NCBI GenBank assembly: GCA_018058425.1
Contig: JAGOZX010000003.1
Location: 7,303 to 71,302 of the forward strand
Source: Sebaldella sp.
GTDB lineage: Bacteria; Fusobacteriota; Fusobacteriia; Fusobacteriales; Leptotrichiaceae
DNA: 64,000 bases
Direction: 5' to 3'
The translations under genes and the position numbers were made by a program. Under the pieces are notes generated by a model. It worked only from the letters and a program-made list of their open reading frames with translations. It ran no database searches and was not told the origin of the DNA. This document shows positions 39,037 to 49,110 of the stretch, piece by piece. Numbering within the stretch: the first letter of the stretch is position 1; the number at the start of each line of letters is the position of its first letter.

Positions 39037-40344
39037 GTGAAAAATGCAAGAGTGTATAATTTGTATCCATATCTTTTGAAAAATTTTCAAAGTTGGATAG
39101 AAAAATTAGATGACGTAGACTTTATGAATTTTGACTGGGTCTACGTAAATCCTTTCCATCTGCCTGGCTTTTCTGGTTCAATTTATTCAATAAAAGATTA
39201 CTATATGTACAATCCAATACTTTTGAACATTGATTATGAATCAATGATGCAAAATCCAAGTCTTTATAAAGATAAAGGGGATTTATTTATTAAGGAGTTT
39301 TGTTTTGAAGCTAAAAAGAGAGAAATAAGAGTAATGATGGATTTAGTTATTAATCATACTTCTGTGGATTCTGAACTTTTAGAAAAAAATCCGGATTGGT
39401 ATGAGAAAAATGAAGATGGAACTATAAAAAATCCTGGTGCATTAGATGGTGATAATTGGATAGTTTGGGGAGATTTAGCACAAATTGATAATGAAAATTC
39501 ATCTGATAAGGCTAATCTATGGAAGTACTGGCTTGATTATATCTTGCATTATGCAGAGTTAGGAATAAGAGGTTTTAGATGTGATGCAGCTTATCAAGTA
39601 CCATCAAGTTTATGGGAGTATTTGATAAAAGAAGTAAAAAAAGTATATCCAGACGCTGTATTTCTAGCGGAAACATTAAGCTGTGCACCGGATAAGATTA
39701 TTGATATAATAGATTCAGGATTTGATATTGTTATGAATAGTTTTAAATGGTGGGACTTTAACGCAGAATGGTTTTTAAAGGATTATAACCAGTGGGTAGA
39801 AAAGGGATCCTCTATGACATTTCCGGAAAATCACGATACTGAAAGATTTGCTGCAGAATATGATAATGACTCAAAAAAAGCAGTTTGTTATTATGCTATA
39901 GAGGCTTATTTTTGTTCGAGTATAGCTATTACAATTGGATTTGAATATGGATTTAAAAAGAAAATAGAAGTTACTAAAACAAGTCCAAGTGATTACGAAG
40001 AAATAAACTATGATATAGTGGAAGAAATTAGAATGATCAATGAGATAAAAGAAAAGTATGATATTTTTAAAGAAGATAATTTCATTGAGATCTATAATTT
40101 TAATAACAGTAATATTTTTTCTTTTTTAAAAACAGGAAGAGATAAGAGTGAAAAAATATTTATTATAGCAAATATAAATACAAAAGAAGGTACAGACATA
40201 AAAGTTCCAGAGATGTTTAGCGTTTTTGGAACTGAAAACATAAAGGATATTTCACATGGATATAGAATGGATGAAATATCAAATAACTTTGACTATTATT
40301 TACAACCAGGAGAAGTAAAGTTATTTTATGGAAAATTAGATTAG
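39037..40344 (+). CDS. Cytoplasmic GH13 alpha-amylase family protein
   Basis: DLVINH, FRCDAAY (nucleophile), LAETL (acid/base), ENHDT; no signal peptide. Confidence 0.88.
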   Translation: MKNARVYNLYPYLLKNFQSWIEKLDDVDFMNFDWVYVNPFHLPGFSGSIYSIKDYYMYNPILLNIDYESMMQNPSLYKDKGDLFIKEFCFEAKKREIRVMMDLVINHTSVDSELLEKNPDWYEKNEDGTIKNPGALDGDNWIVWGDLAQIDNENSSDKANLWKYWLDYILHYAELGIRGFRCDAAYQVPSSLWEYLIKEVKKVYPDAVFLAETLSCAPDKIIDIIDSGFDIVMNSFKWWDFNAEWFLKDYNQWVEKGSSMTFPENHDTERFAAEYDNDSKKAVCYYAIEAYFCSSIAITIGFEYGFKKKIEVTKTSPSDYEEINYDIVEEIRMINEIKEKYDIFKEDNFIEIYNFNNSNIFSFLKTGRDKSEKIFIIANINTKEGTDIKVPEMFSVFGTENIKDISHGYRMDEISNNFDYYLQPGEVKLFYGKLD

Positions 40345-40355
40345 GGGATGAGAAT

Positions 40356-41600
40356 ATGGAAAATATTTTTGAAATGAAATTAACAGAATTAAGAAAAATG
40401 GTGAAGGAATACGGCATAAGTGGTTATTCTACAATGGGTAAAGCTGATTTAATAACCCACATATATATTGAAGAAGCTAAAAAAGAAAATAGAATATTAG
40501 GATCTGGAAAACTAGACATGATGTCAGATGGTTATGGTTTTTTAAGGGAGAGTACTGTGGGACCTGATATTTATGTTTCGGCTTCTCAGGCTAGGAAATT
40601 TGCTCTTAGAAATGAAGATATTGTTTTAGGAGAAGTAAGGGAACCAATAGGTACAGAAAAAAATTATGCTCTTATAAAAACTTTACTTATAAATGGTGAT
40701 GCACCTGAAAAATCTGGAAATAGACCATTTTTTGATGACTTAACACCATCATATCCAGATCAAAAGTTAAACTTAGGTTCTGCAAGTCTGTCTTCAAGAA
40801 TAATAGACTTGATTGCACCAATAGGAAAAGGGCAGAGAGGCTTAATAGTAGCTCCTCCAAAGGCTGGAAAAACAATGCTTTTATCAGCTTTAGCAAATGA
40901 TATTATAAATAATAATCCAGAAGTAGAATTATGGATATTACTAATAGATGAAAGACCAGAAGAAGTAACTGATATAAAAGAAAATGTAAAAGATGCAGAA
41001 GTATTTTCAGCAACTTTTGATGAAGATCCAAGTGTACATATAAAAGTAACTGAAGATGTACTAGAAAAGGCCAAAAGAGAAGTGGAAAAAGGAAAAGATA
41101 TAGTAATATTAATGGATAGTTTAACAAGACTAGCTAGATCTTATAATATAGTAGTTCCATCAAGTAGAAAGCTAATATCAGGAGGTATAGATCCAAAAGC
41201 TCTATATTATCCAAAAAGATTTTTAGGTGCAGCTAGAAATATAAGATTAGGTGGAAGTCTGACTATTATAGCAACTGCTTTAATAGATACTGGAAGTAAA
41301 ATGGATGATGTAATTTTCGAAGAGTTTAAAGGAACAGGAAATATGGAAGTTATATTAGACAGATCATTATCTGAACTTAGAATATTCCCAGCGATAGATG
41401 TACTAAAAAGTGGTACAAGAAAAGAAGAGATTCTAATAGATGAGAAATCGTTAAAAACAATATGGGATTTTAGAAGATATTTAAGTAAATATAATGAAGC
41501 AGAAGCAGTGAAAAAAATGATAGATTTAATTAAGAAAACTAAGACAAATGAGGAATTATTAAATATGATTTCAAAAGATGGAAGTAAGCTAACAACTTAA
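40356..41600 (+). CDS. rho: Transcription termination factor Rho
   Basis: [49 protein letters not shown]. Confidence 0.97.
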   Translation: MENIFEMKLTELRKMVKEYGISGYSTMGKADLITHIYIEEAKKENRILGSGKLDMMSDGYGFLRESTVGPDIYVSASQARKFALRNEDIVLGEVREPIGTEKNYALIKTLLINGDAPEKSGNRPFFDDLTPSYPDQKLNLGSASLSSRIIDLIAPIGKGQRGLIVAPPKAGKTMLLSALANDIINNNPEVELWILLIDERPEEVTDIKENVKDAEVFSATFDEDPSVHIKVTEDVLEKAKREVEKGKDIVILMDSLTRLARSYNIVVPSSRKLISGGIDPKALYYPKRFLGAARNIRLGGSLTIIATALIDTGSKMDDVIFEEFKGTGNMEVILDRSLSELRIFPAIDVLKSGTRKEEILIDEKSLKTIWDFRRYLSKYNEAEAVKKMIDLIKKTKTNEELLNMISKDGSKLTT

Positions 41601-41606
41601 AAAATA

Positions 41607-41640
41607 TTTTGGAGGTGTAAAAGCTTCCAAAATTTTATTT
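41607..41640 (+). terminator. Intrinsic terminator after rho
   Basis: TTTTGGAGG...CTTCCAAAA plus T-rich tail. Confidence 0.55.
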
Positions 41641-41662
41641 TTTAAAATAATGGAGGTTAGGG

Positions 41663-42571
41663 ATGTTTGATGACGAAGAAGATTTTTATAAAAGGGAAAA
41701 GGAAAGCGAGGGCAGATATTACTCAATAAAAGTAAAAATTAGAGCTATATTTATTTTATTAATAATATTTGGAATTTCATTTTTTTTATTTCAAAGTTTT
41801 GGAAAAACAAAAAATTTAAAAAATTATTCATTTGCATATGAGCAGGATGGCAAGTTGTACTCATTAAACTTGAGTTCTTGGCATTATAGTATGGATAGAT
41901 TTTCAAAGAACCCTCATCTTTATATAAATACATTTGATTTTGATGGTGAGAGTTACATCAAATGTTTTGCAGGTGATTTTTTATCTTTTGTATATAATGA
42001 TTTTGAAATATCTGAGTCACAAAACCCCTATTTTTCAGGGAGTTTGTCGCTAAATGCTTCGAAATATTGCACTACAGAAAAAGTTTATAAAAATGCAAAA
42101 AACTCATATGAAAAATCTATATTTTTAGATAATAGTGGTGAAGAAATTTATACTTATGACCCTATGGCTGCTAATAAGTATATTAAAAATATTGCAATTA
42201 GTGGTAAAAGGAGCTCATCTAAGATCAATTTAAGAATGCTTTCAATGAATGAAAGATATGTTGATTTAACTAAGTTATTAGAAGAACAAGGAATAAAGTT
42301 TCAAATGAAAATAGATAATAAAAAGAAAATTATTATTATTTCTATTCAAAATTCAAATAAGAAGACAAATGATGTAGATCAAGAAAAAAAAGAGGACTTA
42401 GAAGTAAAGGAAGAGCCAAAAATAGAAGAGATAAAACCAGAGCAAGAAGTAGAACCAGAATCAGAACCAAAATTGGAGGATATTAAAGAAACTGAACCTG
42501 AAAAAACAGAAGTACCAAGTGAAGATACTGGAATAAAAAGAGATAGAACAAAAAAGACAAGAATATACTAA
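41663..42571 (+). CDS. Hypothetical membrane-anchored protein with Glu/Pro-rich tail
   Basis: One N-terminal TM helix; EPK/EPE low-complexity C-terminus. Confidence 0.75.
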   Translation: MFDDEEDFYKREKESEGRYYSIKVKIRAIFILLIIFGISFFLFQSFGKTKNLKNYSFAYEQDGKLYSLNLSSWHYSMDRFSKNPHLYINTFDFDGESYIKCFAGDFLSFVYNDFEISESQNPYFSGSLSLNASKYCTTEKVYKNAKNSYEKSIFLDNSGEEIYTYDPMAANKYIKNIAISGKRSSSKINLRMLSMNERYVDLTKLLEEQGIKFQMKIDNKKKIIIISIQNSNKKTNDVDQEKKEDLEVKEEPKIEEIKPEQEVEPESEPKLEDIKETEPEKTEVPSEDTGIKRDRTKKTRIY

Positions 42572-42660
42572 TAATAAGCGAGTATTGATTACTTAATATT
42601 TCTTGAAAAGGATCATCAATACAAAGAGAAATAAAAAAATTTAATCTAAAGAATTTAAAT

Positions 42661-42698
42661 AATAACATAGTGATTTTAACTAAACTATGTTATTTTTT
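42661..42698 (+). terminator. Intrinsic terminator
   Basis: AATAACATAGT...ACTATGTTATTTTTT. Confidence 0.65.
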
Positions 42699-43007
42699 AT
42701 TTTATTGAAATTTTTTGAGATATATTATTTTGCATTATTCAAAAAGATGTAAAAATAATGATTAAAATACAAAGTATCCAAAGTTAATTAATTTTATTTA
42801 TTTATATATTATGTGAAGAAAGCATTTGAAATTAAGAATAATATAGAAAAAATTAAATAAAAAAATATTTTTATGAAAATTAAGTATTGTAAAAAATAAA
42901 AATAAGGTTATAATAAAAATAAAAAGAGATATTTGAATATTAATGAATACAAAAAATAATGAAATAATAATTTCAAATAAAAGTACTAATTTAGAGGAGG
43001 TGATTAA

Positions 43008-43430
43008 ATGAAATATGTAGTTTTAGTAAGCCATGGTACATTTGCTCCAGGTCTTCATAATACTTTAGGTATGCTAGCTGGATCAGAACGGAAAGATATA
43101 TTAGATACAAGTTTATTAGATGGAATGAGTATTAACACTTTTGAGAAAAATTTTATAGAACTAATTAAAGATATAGCAATAAATGATAATATTGTTTTAT
43201 TGGCAGATATTATTGGTGGTTCCCCAATGACAACAGCATTAAAAGTTTTGGAAAATAAAGGCTTATTAAAAAATACTATGGCATTTGGAGGAATGAATTT
43301 ATCCATGGCATTAACAGCAGTATTAGAAGATGGAAGTGATAGTGAGTCTTTGAAAAGTATAATTATGAGTGAAGCTCATGAATCAGTGGCAGAATTTCAG
43401 CTTGAAATTCTAGATGATGAAGAAATATAA
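43008..43430 (+). CDS. PTS mannose/fructose/sorbose family EIIA
   Basis: LVSHG, LADIIGGSP, GMNLSM. Confidence 0.9.
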   Translation: MKYVVLVSHGTFAPGLHNTLGMLAGSERKDILDTSLLDGMSINTFEKNFIELIKDIAINDNIVLLADIIGGSPMTTALKVLENKGLLKNTMAFGGMNLSMALTAVLEDGSDSESLKSIIMSEAHESVAEFQLEILDDEEI

Positions 43431-43444
43431 AAAAGGAGATTATT

Positions 43445-43939
43445 ATGTCAATTTCATTTGTAAGAATCGATGATAGGATGATACATGGGCAAACTTGTAC
43501 AAGATGGGCATTAGAGTATCCATGTGACGGTTTAATAGCAGTAAATGATCAAGCAGCAACTACTCCAGTATTAAAAGCAGCATATAAAAATGCAAGTGGG
43601 AAAAAAACATTTGTTTGGACTTATGCAGAATGGAAAGAAAAATGCCAAAAAGTACTAGACAGTAAAGATCAATATTTTTTAATTACAAAAGAACCAATAT
43701 TAATGTCAAAAATTTTAGTAGATGATAAATTTGATCCAAAAATAAAAAAAGTAGTTGTAGGTCCGTGTAATGATAGACCTGGTTCTGTTAAGCTAGGAAA
43801 TAATCAGTCAATTACTCAAGAAGAAGCAGATGCAATAGAGAAAATTATGCAGGCTGGGTATTCAGTGGAGTTTGCATTATTAAAGGATGAAGCAATAGGG
43901 AATTGGAAAAAATTTAGAGAGAAATTTGGATATAAATAA
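43445..43939 (+). CDS. PTS mannose family EIIB
   Basis: RIDDRMIHGQ. Confidence 0.9.
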   Translation: MSISFVRIDDRMIHGQTCTRWALEYPCDGLIAVNDQAATTPVLKAAYKNASGKKTFVWTYAEWKEKCQKVLDSKDQYFLITKEPILMSKILVDDKFDPKIKKVVVGPCNDRPGSVKLGNNQSITQEEADAIEKIMQAGYSVEFALLKDEAIGNWKKFREKFGYK

Positions 43940-44024
43940 TTGCCTTATTTATTAGAAGTATCTAGCGTTGTTAAAGAAAAGTAGAATTCTAAAATATTAT
44001 GATACAGGAAGGAAATGTGATTGT

Positions 44025-44858
44025 ATGCATATTAATTTGATTCAAGCGGCTCTTTTAGGGATTTTTGCGTGTTTATCGAGTATGCCGGGTCTTGGGGGAA
44101 CAACATTTGGAAACTACACTTTAGGTCGTCCTTTAGTGGCAGGTTTAATCGTGGGAATTATTTTAGGCGATATAAAAAGCGGGATAATAGTGGGGGCAGC
44201 AATACAGGTTATTTACATAGCTCTTGTAACTCCTGGAGGAACAGTATCAGCAGATGTTAGAGCAATTAGTTATATTGGAATTCCTTTAGCTTTAGTTTCT
44301 ATAAAAGGTTTAGGACTTGACCCTAGCAGTTCAGAGGCTACACAGCTTGCAGCAGCATTAGGTGCAGCAGTTGGAACTTTAGGAACTGTATTATTTTATG
44401 GGACTGCAACAGTAAATCTATTATGGCAGCATATTGGATGGAAGGCTATTGAAAAAGGGGAGTTTAAAAAGCTTTATTCGGTAAATATGATTTATCCTTG
44501 GATATCTCATTTTTTATGTAGTTTTATACCAACATTTATTATTACAATTTCTGGTGAATATATGGTTGATATAATTAAAAATTATCTTCCTATGGATGGT
44601 ATAGCAATGAAGACGCTATTTACAGTAGGAAGCTTACTGCCAGCTGTGGGAATAGCTATTTTATTAAAACAAGTAGTAACAAAAGCATCGGATTTAATAA
44701 CATTCTTCTTTGGGTTTTTATTAGCAGCGAGTATGGGAGTTAATCTAATAGGAGCAGCAATTATTGGAGGTTTTTTTGCAATTCTTTATTATAATATAAG
44801 ATTGGTTGGAATAAAAAATTCTTCTGGAAATAATGATGATGAAGAGGAGGATATATAA
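44025..44858 (+). CDS. PTS mannose family EIIC
   Basis: RPLVAGLIVGIILGD, LPAVGIAILL; likely start ATG 44025. Confidence 0.88.
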   Translation: MHINLIQAALLGIFACLSSMPGLGGTTFGNYTLGRPLVAGLIVGIILGDIKSGIIVGAAIQVIYIALVTPGGTVSADVRAISYIGIPLALVSIKGLGLDPSSSEATQLAAALGAAVGTLGTVLFYGTATVNLLWQHIGWKAIEKGEFKKLYSVNMIYPWISHFLCSFIPTFIITISGEYMVDIIKNYLPMDGIAMKTLFTVGSLLPAVGIAILLKQVVTKASDLITFFFGFLLAASMGVNLIGAAIIGGFFAILYYNIRLVGIKNSSGNNDDEEEDI

Positions 44859-45691
44859 TGTTAAAAAAAGAGTTATCTAAAAAAACATTAAACAAATCTT
44901 TCAGAAATTGGTTTTATGGAAATTTAACATGCTTTTCTCAGGAACATATGCAGACATTTGGATATTTAGTTGCTATGCTTCCTATTATAGAAGAATTGTA
45001 TGAAAAAAAAGAAGATCAAAAAATGGCAATTCAAACGTATACAGCATTTTTTAATACTGAACCGCAAATAGGAACAGTGGTAGTAGGAATTACTGCAGGA
45101 TTAGAAGAAGCAAGAGCCAATGGTGAAGAAATAGACAGTGAAATGATAAATGGAATAAGAGCTGGTTTAATGGGGCCGTTAGCTGGAATTGGGGATTCAT
45201 TAATTGTTGGGACACTAATTCCGATTTTACTAGGTATTGCCTTAGGTTTATCAGGTGGAGGATCACCTTTGGGAGCAATTTTTTATATTATTGCATGGAA
45301 TACTTTAGCTATATTTGGAATGAAATTATTGTATTTCAAAGGTTATGAACTTGGTGGAAAAGCAGTTGAAGTTATTGTGGGAGAAAAGGCAAATGCTATT
45401 CGTGATTCAATAATAATGGTGGGGACTATTGTAATAGGTGCAGTTGCGGCATCATGGATTAATATTACTACTTCGTTTAAAATGTTAAATTCAGAAGGTG
45501 GTGTTATTATTGATTTACAGTCTACTTTTAATAGTATTTTTCCAAAATTATTATCTGCAGTCACAGTAATATTTTGTTGGTGGCTTATGAAAAAGAAGAA
45601 AATGTCTCCATCTGTTGTAATGCTTATTTTAGTTGTTATTGCTTTTGTTGGGGTACTTGTAGGATTCTTTAATCCAGGGCTAAAATATTAG
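44858..45691 (+). CDS. PTS mannose family EIID
   Basis: EHMQ, FFNTEP, GLMGPLAGIGDS. Confidence 0.9.
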   Translation: MLKKELSKKTLNKSFRNWFYGNLTCFSQEHMQTFGYLVAMLPIIEELYEKKEDQKMAIQTYTAFFNTEPQIGTVVVGITAGLEEARANGEEIDSEMINGIRAGLMGPLAGIGDSLIVGTLIPILLGIALGLSGGGSPLGAIFYIIAWNTLAIFGMKLLYFKGYELGGKAVEVIVGEKANAIRDSIIMVGTIVIGAVAASWINITTSFKMLNSEGGVIIDLQSTFNSIFPKLLSAVTVIFCWWLMKKKKMSPSVVMLILVVIAFVGVLVGFFNPGLKY

Positions 45692-45737
45692 AAATGAAGA
45701 TTGGTTTTGAGGAGATACTTTTTATAAGGAGAATTAT

Positions 45738-46007
45738 ATGACACAAAAAGATATGCTGGTTGAGGCAGAAATGCAAAAAAATGAAATTAATAAATTAATT
45801 AAGTGGTATAGAATATTATTGATACTCTCAAGTATTTTTTTTGCTATTGCTTATTGGGTACTAAAAAGAAATGGACCTCAATTTGTAATAGGAGTTATCG
45901 CTGTTATATTTGTTGTTATTTGTATTTTTCTTTCTGCTGTAGTAAATTTAGGTATAAAAAGAGGAAGGGTAAATGTAGTGAAGATACTTGAGTTACTTGA
46001 GAAATAA
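45738..46007 (+). CDS. Small two-TM protein in the PTS operon
   Basis: AAGGAG RBS; two hydrophobic helices. Confidence 0.75.
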   Translation: MTQKDMLVEAEMQKNEINKLIKWYRILLILSSIFFAIAYWVLKRNGPQFVIGVIAVIFVVICIFLSAVVNLGIKRGRVNVVKILELLEK

Positions 46008-46083
46008 GAAGGTTTTAATATAATGAAAATTTGTTATTTAGAGTAGTAGAGGAGTAAGTGAAATTTATTGTTTGTATTATTAA

Positions 46084-46098
46084 ATGACGTGAGAATCT
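46084..46098 (-). repeat. REP-like element, partial inverted copy
   Basis: ATGACGTGAGAATCT; shares flank GTTCTTT with the copy at 46339. Confidence 0.65.
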
Positions 46099-46171
46099 GT
46101 TCTTTGACATTAAATTCAATACAGGTAATTGCTATACTTGTAATTGTCATGTAAAAGTAACTAAGGATAAC

Positions 46172-46204
46172 AGATTGTCACGTCGCAAGCTCCTCACAAT
46201 GACA
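46172..46204 (+). repeat. REP-like element, copy 7
   Basis: AG ATTGT CACGTCGCAAGCTCCTC ACAAT GACA. Confidence 0.85.
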
Positions 46205-46338
46205 GGAGTGGGGCTGATTTTCTACACTAATAAACTTAAGATTTAACTATTGTAAGCCAAATGCAAAGCCAAAAAGTGAAGGAAATATAAAAGTGTAAAT
46301 TTATCATTCTTAGCAAAAGAAGAATATAATAAAAAATC

Positions 46339-46372
46339 TGTCATTCTGAGGAATGAAATGATGTGAGAATCT
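46339..46372 (-). repeat. REP-like element, copy 8 (inverted, diverged core)
   Basis: Reverse complement AG ATTCT CACATCATTTCATTCCTC AGAAT GACA. Confidence 0.8.
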
Positions 46373-46397
46373 GTTCTTTAATGTTAATTACAAGTAA

Positions 46398-47375
46398 TTA
46401 TTTCACCACAATTTCTGGGATTATATTTATTTGATTTGTAGTATTTTTTTTATTTAGTATATTATCCAAAATCATATCAATAGATTGTTTTACCAAAGTA
46501 TCAATATTAGGCGAGACACAGCTTATTTTAAAACCTAAGTTATCTAAAAAATCTGTATTATCAAAAGAAACTACAAAAATATCTTTATTTAAGACCAAAT
46601 TATTCTTCATCATTAATTTTATTACAGTTTGTAAAATAATATTATTACAGCAAATTAAAGTCTCGGGATGAGTTTTTTTATTTATAACTGAAACTAGTTG
46701 TTTTTCTATACTTTTAGAATCATAAAAATCAGTAAAAATAATTTTATCTTCCGAAATTGAGAGCCCATTCATATACAAAGCCTCTCTATACCCCTCTATC
46801 CTCTCGTGACTTATATTGGAGCTGGAATCTCCAGTTATAATAGTGATATCTTTTTTACCTTTTTTTATAAGAAAATCCGTCAGGGTATATACCCCTCTTA
46901 TATTATCAACATAAACACCATCAAAACTAGCATCTCTTAACTTTCTATCCATAAGAATAAATGGATGTTCAAAACCTAACAATTCTTTTTTTATTTTAAA
47001 TTTTTCATCATTTTTACTAGAGCTTATCAAGATCATTCCATCTATATTTTTCTTGCTTAAATTTTTTATAATCTCGATCTCTTTTTCTATATCATCATTT
47101 ATATCATACACAAGGATATCAATGTTTTTATTTTCCACTTCTATAAGAATTTTTTTTAAAAGGCTGGAAAAAAAATGGTTTGATAAAGATGGAACTACAA
47201 AAGCAATAGTTTTTGTTGTTTTTTTCATTATTGATATTTCTTCACTCTCTAAACCTTTTACTATTGAAAAAACTTTTGACCTCGTTTTTTCACCAATTCC
47301 TTTTTTGTTATTTAAAACTCTTGAGACTGTGGAAGTAGAAACGTTGCATAAATTTGCAATTTCTTCTAGAGTCAT
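46398..47375 (-). CDS. LacI family transcriptional regulator
   Basis: TLEEIANLCNVSTSTVSRVLN HTH plus sugar-binding domain; divergent from the rha cluster. Confidence 0.93.
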   Translation of the reverse strand: MTLEEIANLCNVSTSTVSRVLNNKKGIGEKTRSKVFSIVKGLESEEISIMKKTTKTIAFVVPSLSNHFFSSLLKKILIEVENKNIDILVYDINDDIEKEIEIIKNLSKKNIDGMILISSSKNDEKFKIKKELLGFEHPFILMDRKLRDASFDGVYVDNIRGVYTLTDFLIKKGKKDITIITGDSSSNISHERIEGYREALYMNGLSISEDKIIFTDFYDSKSIEKQLVSVINKKTHPETLICCNNIILQTVIKLMMKNNLVLNKDIFVVSFDNTDFLDNLGFKISCVSPNIDTLVKQSIDMILDNILNKKNTTNQINIIPEIVVK

Positions 47376-47458
47376 TTTTTGTCCTCCTTATAACATAATT
47401 AATAAGTTAATTATATAAACTTTTTTCATATATTTCAATAAAAATTTTAAAACTACTA

Positions 47459-47526
47459 TTGACAAAAAAGAAAATCATGATATAAATTAGTGCAATCTTA
47501 TGAAAAAAATATCGCAATATTATGCA
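47459..47526 (+). promoter_or_regulatory. rha-cluster promoter and candidate operators
   Basis: TTGACA 47459-47464 and TG-A-TATAAA; repeats TGCAATCTTATGAA (47491) and CGCAATATTATGCA (47513). Confidence 0.5.
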
Positions 47527-47570
47527 AAAAAATAATGATGTTTGGTTTATATTTTGAAGGGAGAGGAAAA

Positions 47571-49073
47571 ATGTTAAATTTAAATCCTATAAAACAAAGT
47601 TTGAAACCAAGGATAGGGTTATATTCTATTGGTTTAAGCGTTTATTGGAAACAGTTTCCAGGATTAAAAGAGAGACTTGAAGAGTATGGAAAGTTTCTAG
47701 AAAAGGAAATGTCAAAATTTGGAGAAATTTATAATTACGGCTTAGTTGACGATGAAGATGTCGGAAGGAAAGCCGGAGAGTGGTTTAATGAAAAAAATGT
47801 TGATTTAATCTTTTGTCATTCAGCAACATATGCTTTAAGTTCTACTGTCTTACCCGTCCATCAAATATGTAAAGTTCCTGTCATAATACTAAATTTACAA
47901 GCTACAGCAAAAATAAACTATAAAGATACAAGTACTGGAGAATGGCTTGCACATTGTGGAGCATGCCCTGTACCAGAAATATCAAATTCATTTAATAGAG
48001 CTGGGATAAAATTCAGAGTTATAAATGGTTTGTTAGGCTTAGATTACACACCAGAAATATCTGTAACAAATGAAAATACTAAAAATAGAAAAGAAGCTGT
48101 TAGAGCTTGGAAACAAATAGAAGAATGGATAAGTGCCGTTTCTGTGGTAGTTAATTTGAGATATAGCAGATTTGGATTTTTAGGAAATTACTATAGTGGA
48201 ATGTTAGATATGTATAGTGATTTTACAATGCTGCAAGCTCAAACTGGAATACATATAGAAATATTAGAGATGTGTGATCTAGATAAGGAGTTAAAAAGTG
48301 TAAGTGATATTGAAATAAAAGAGAAACTGGAAGAAATAAATAGTATGTTTCAAATAAGTGATGAATCATCATCAGACTCATTAGTAAAAAAACCAACTGA
48401 TGAACAGCTAAATTGGTCCGCAAAAGTAGCTGCTGCTCAAGAAAAACTAGTCAAAAATTATCGTTTAGATGCTTTGTCATATTATTACCATAGTGTGGCC
48501 GAGAATGAATATGAACAACTACAGGGTGGATTTATAGTGGGACATTCATTATTGACTGCTAAAGGGGTACCTTGTGCCGGAGAGGGGGATATAAAAACTA
48601 ACTTAGCAATGAAGATCTGTGATATTTTAGGTTTAGGAGGAAGTTATGCAGAAATAGTAGTTATAGATTATGATAATGAAACAATTTTATTAGGACATGA
48701 TGGTCCATTTCATATAGCAATATCTAATGGAAAACCTATATTGAGGGGAATGGGTCTGTATCATGGGAAAAAGGGAACGGGAATATCTGTAGAGGCTAAG
48801 GTAAAAACAGGGAAGGTGACAACTTTAGGTTTGACACAAACAATAGATGGAAGACTGAAACTTATAATAAGTGAGGGAGAATCGACAGATTATGAAACAA
48901 TGAAAATTGGTAATACACAGACTCATGTAAAATTTAAAAAACATCCAGATGAGTATATGGAAGAATGGTTTAAAGAAGCTCCAACGCATCACTGTGCTAT
49001 ATCAACAGGTCATAATGCCTCATTATTTCAGAAAGTAGCAGAACTAATGGAAATGAACTATGTTATTTTATAA
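47571..49073 (+). CDS. L-fucose/L-arabinose isomerase family protein
   Basis: GGAGAGG RBS before ATG 47571; AGEGD, LGHDGP, PTHH metal-site-like motifs. Confidence 0.8.
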   Translation: MLNLNPIKQSLKPRIGLYSIGLSVYWKQFPGLKERLEEYGKFLEKEMSKFGEIYNYGLVDDEDVGRKAGEWFNEKNVDLIFCHSATYALSSTVLPVHQICKVPVIILNLQATAKINYKDTSTGEWLAHCGACPVPEISNSFNRAGIKFRVINGLLGLDYTPEISVTNENTKNRKEAVRAWKQIEEWISAVSVVVNLRYSRFGFLGNYYSGMLDMYSDFTMLQAQTGIHIEILEMCDLDKELKSVSDIEIKEKLEEINSMFQISDESSSDSLVKKPTDEQLNWSAKVAAAQEKLVKNYRLDALSYYYHSVAENEYEQLQGGFIVGHSLLTAKGVPCAGEGDIKTNLAMKICDILGLGGSYAEIVVIDYDNETILLGHDGPFHIAISNGKPILRGMGLYHGKKGTGISVEAKVKTGKVTTLGLTQTIDGRLKLIISEGESTDYETMKIGNTQTHVKFKKHPDEYMEEWFKEAPTHHCAISTGHNASLFQKVAELMEMNYVIL

Positions 49074-49110
49074 ACTTAAAATATATGAATAGTAAGAGAG
49101 GAGGGGTAAA

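Noticed and set aside
47490..47570. GTG-start N-terminal extension of the isomerase in the ORF track
   Set aside because: Overlaps the promoter/operator region; the strong RBS precedes ATG 47571.
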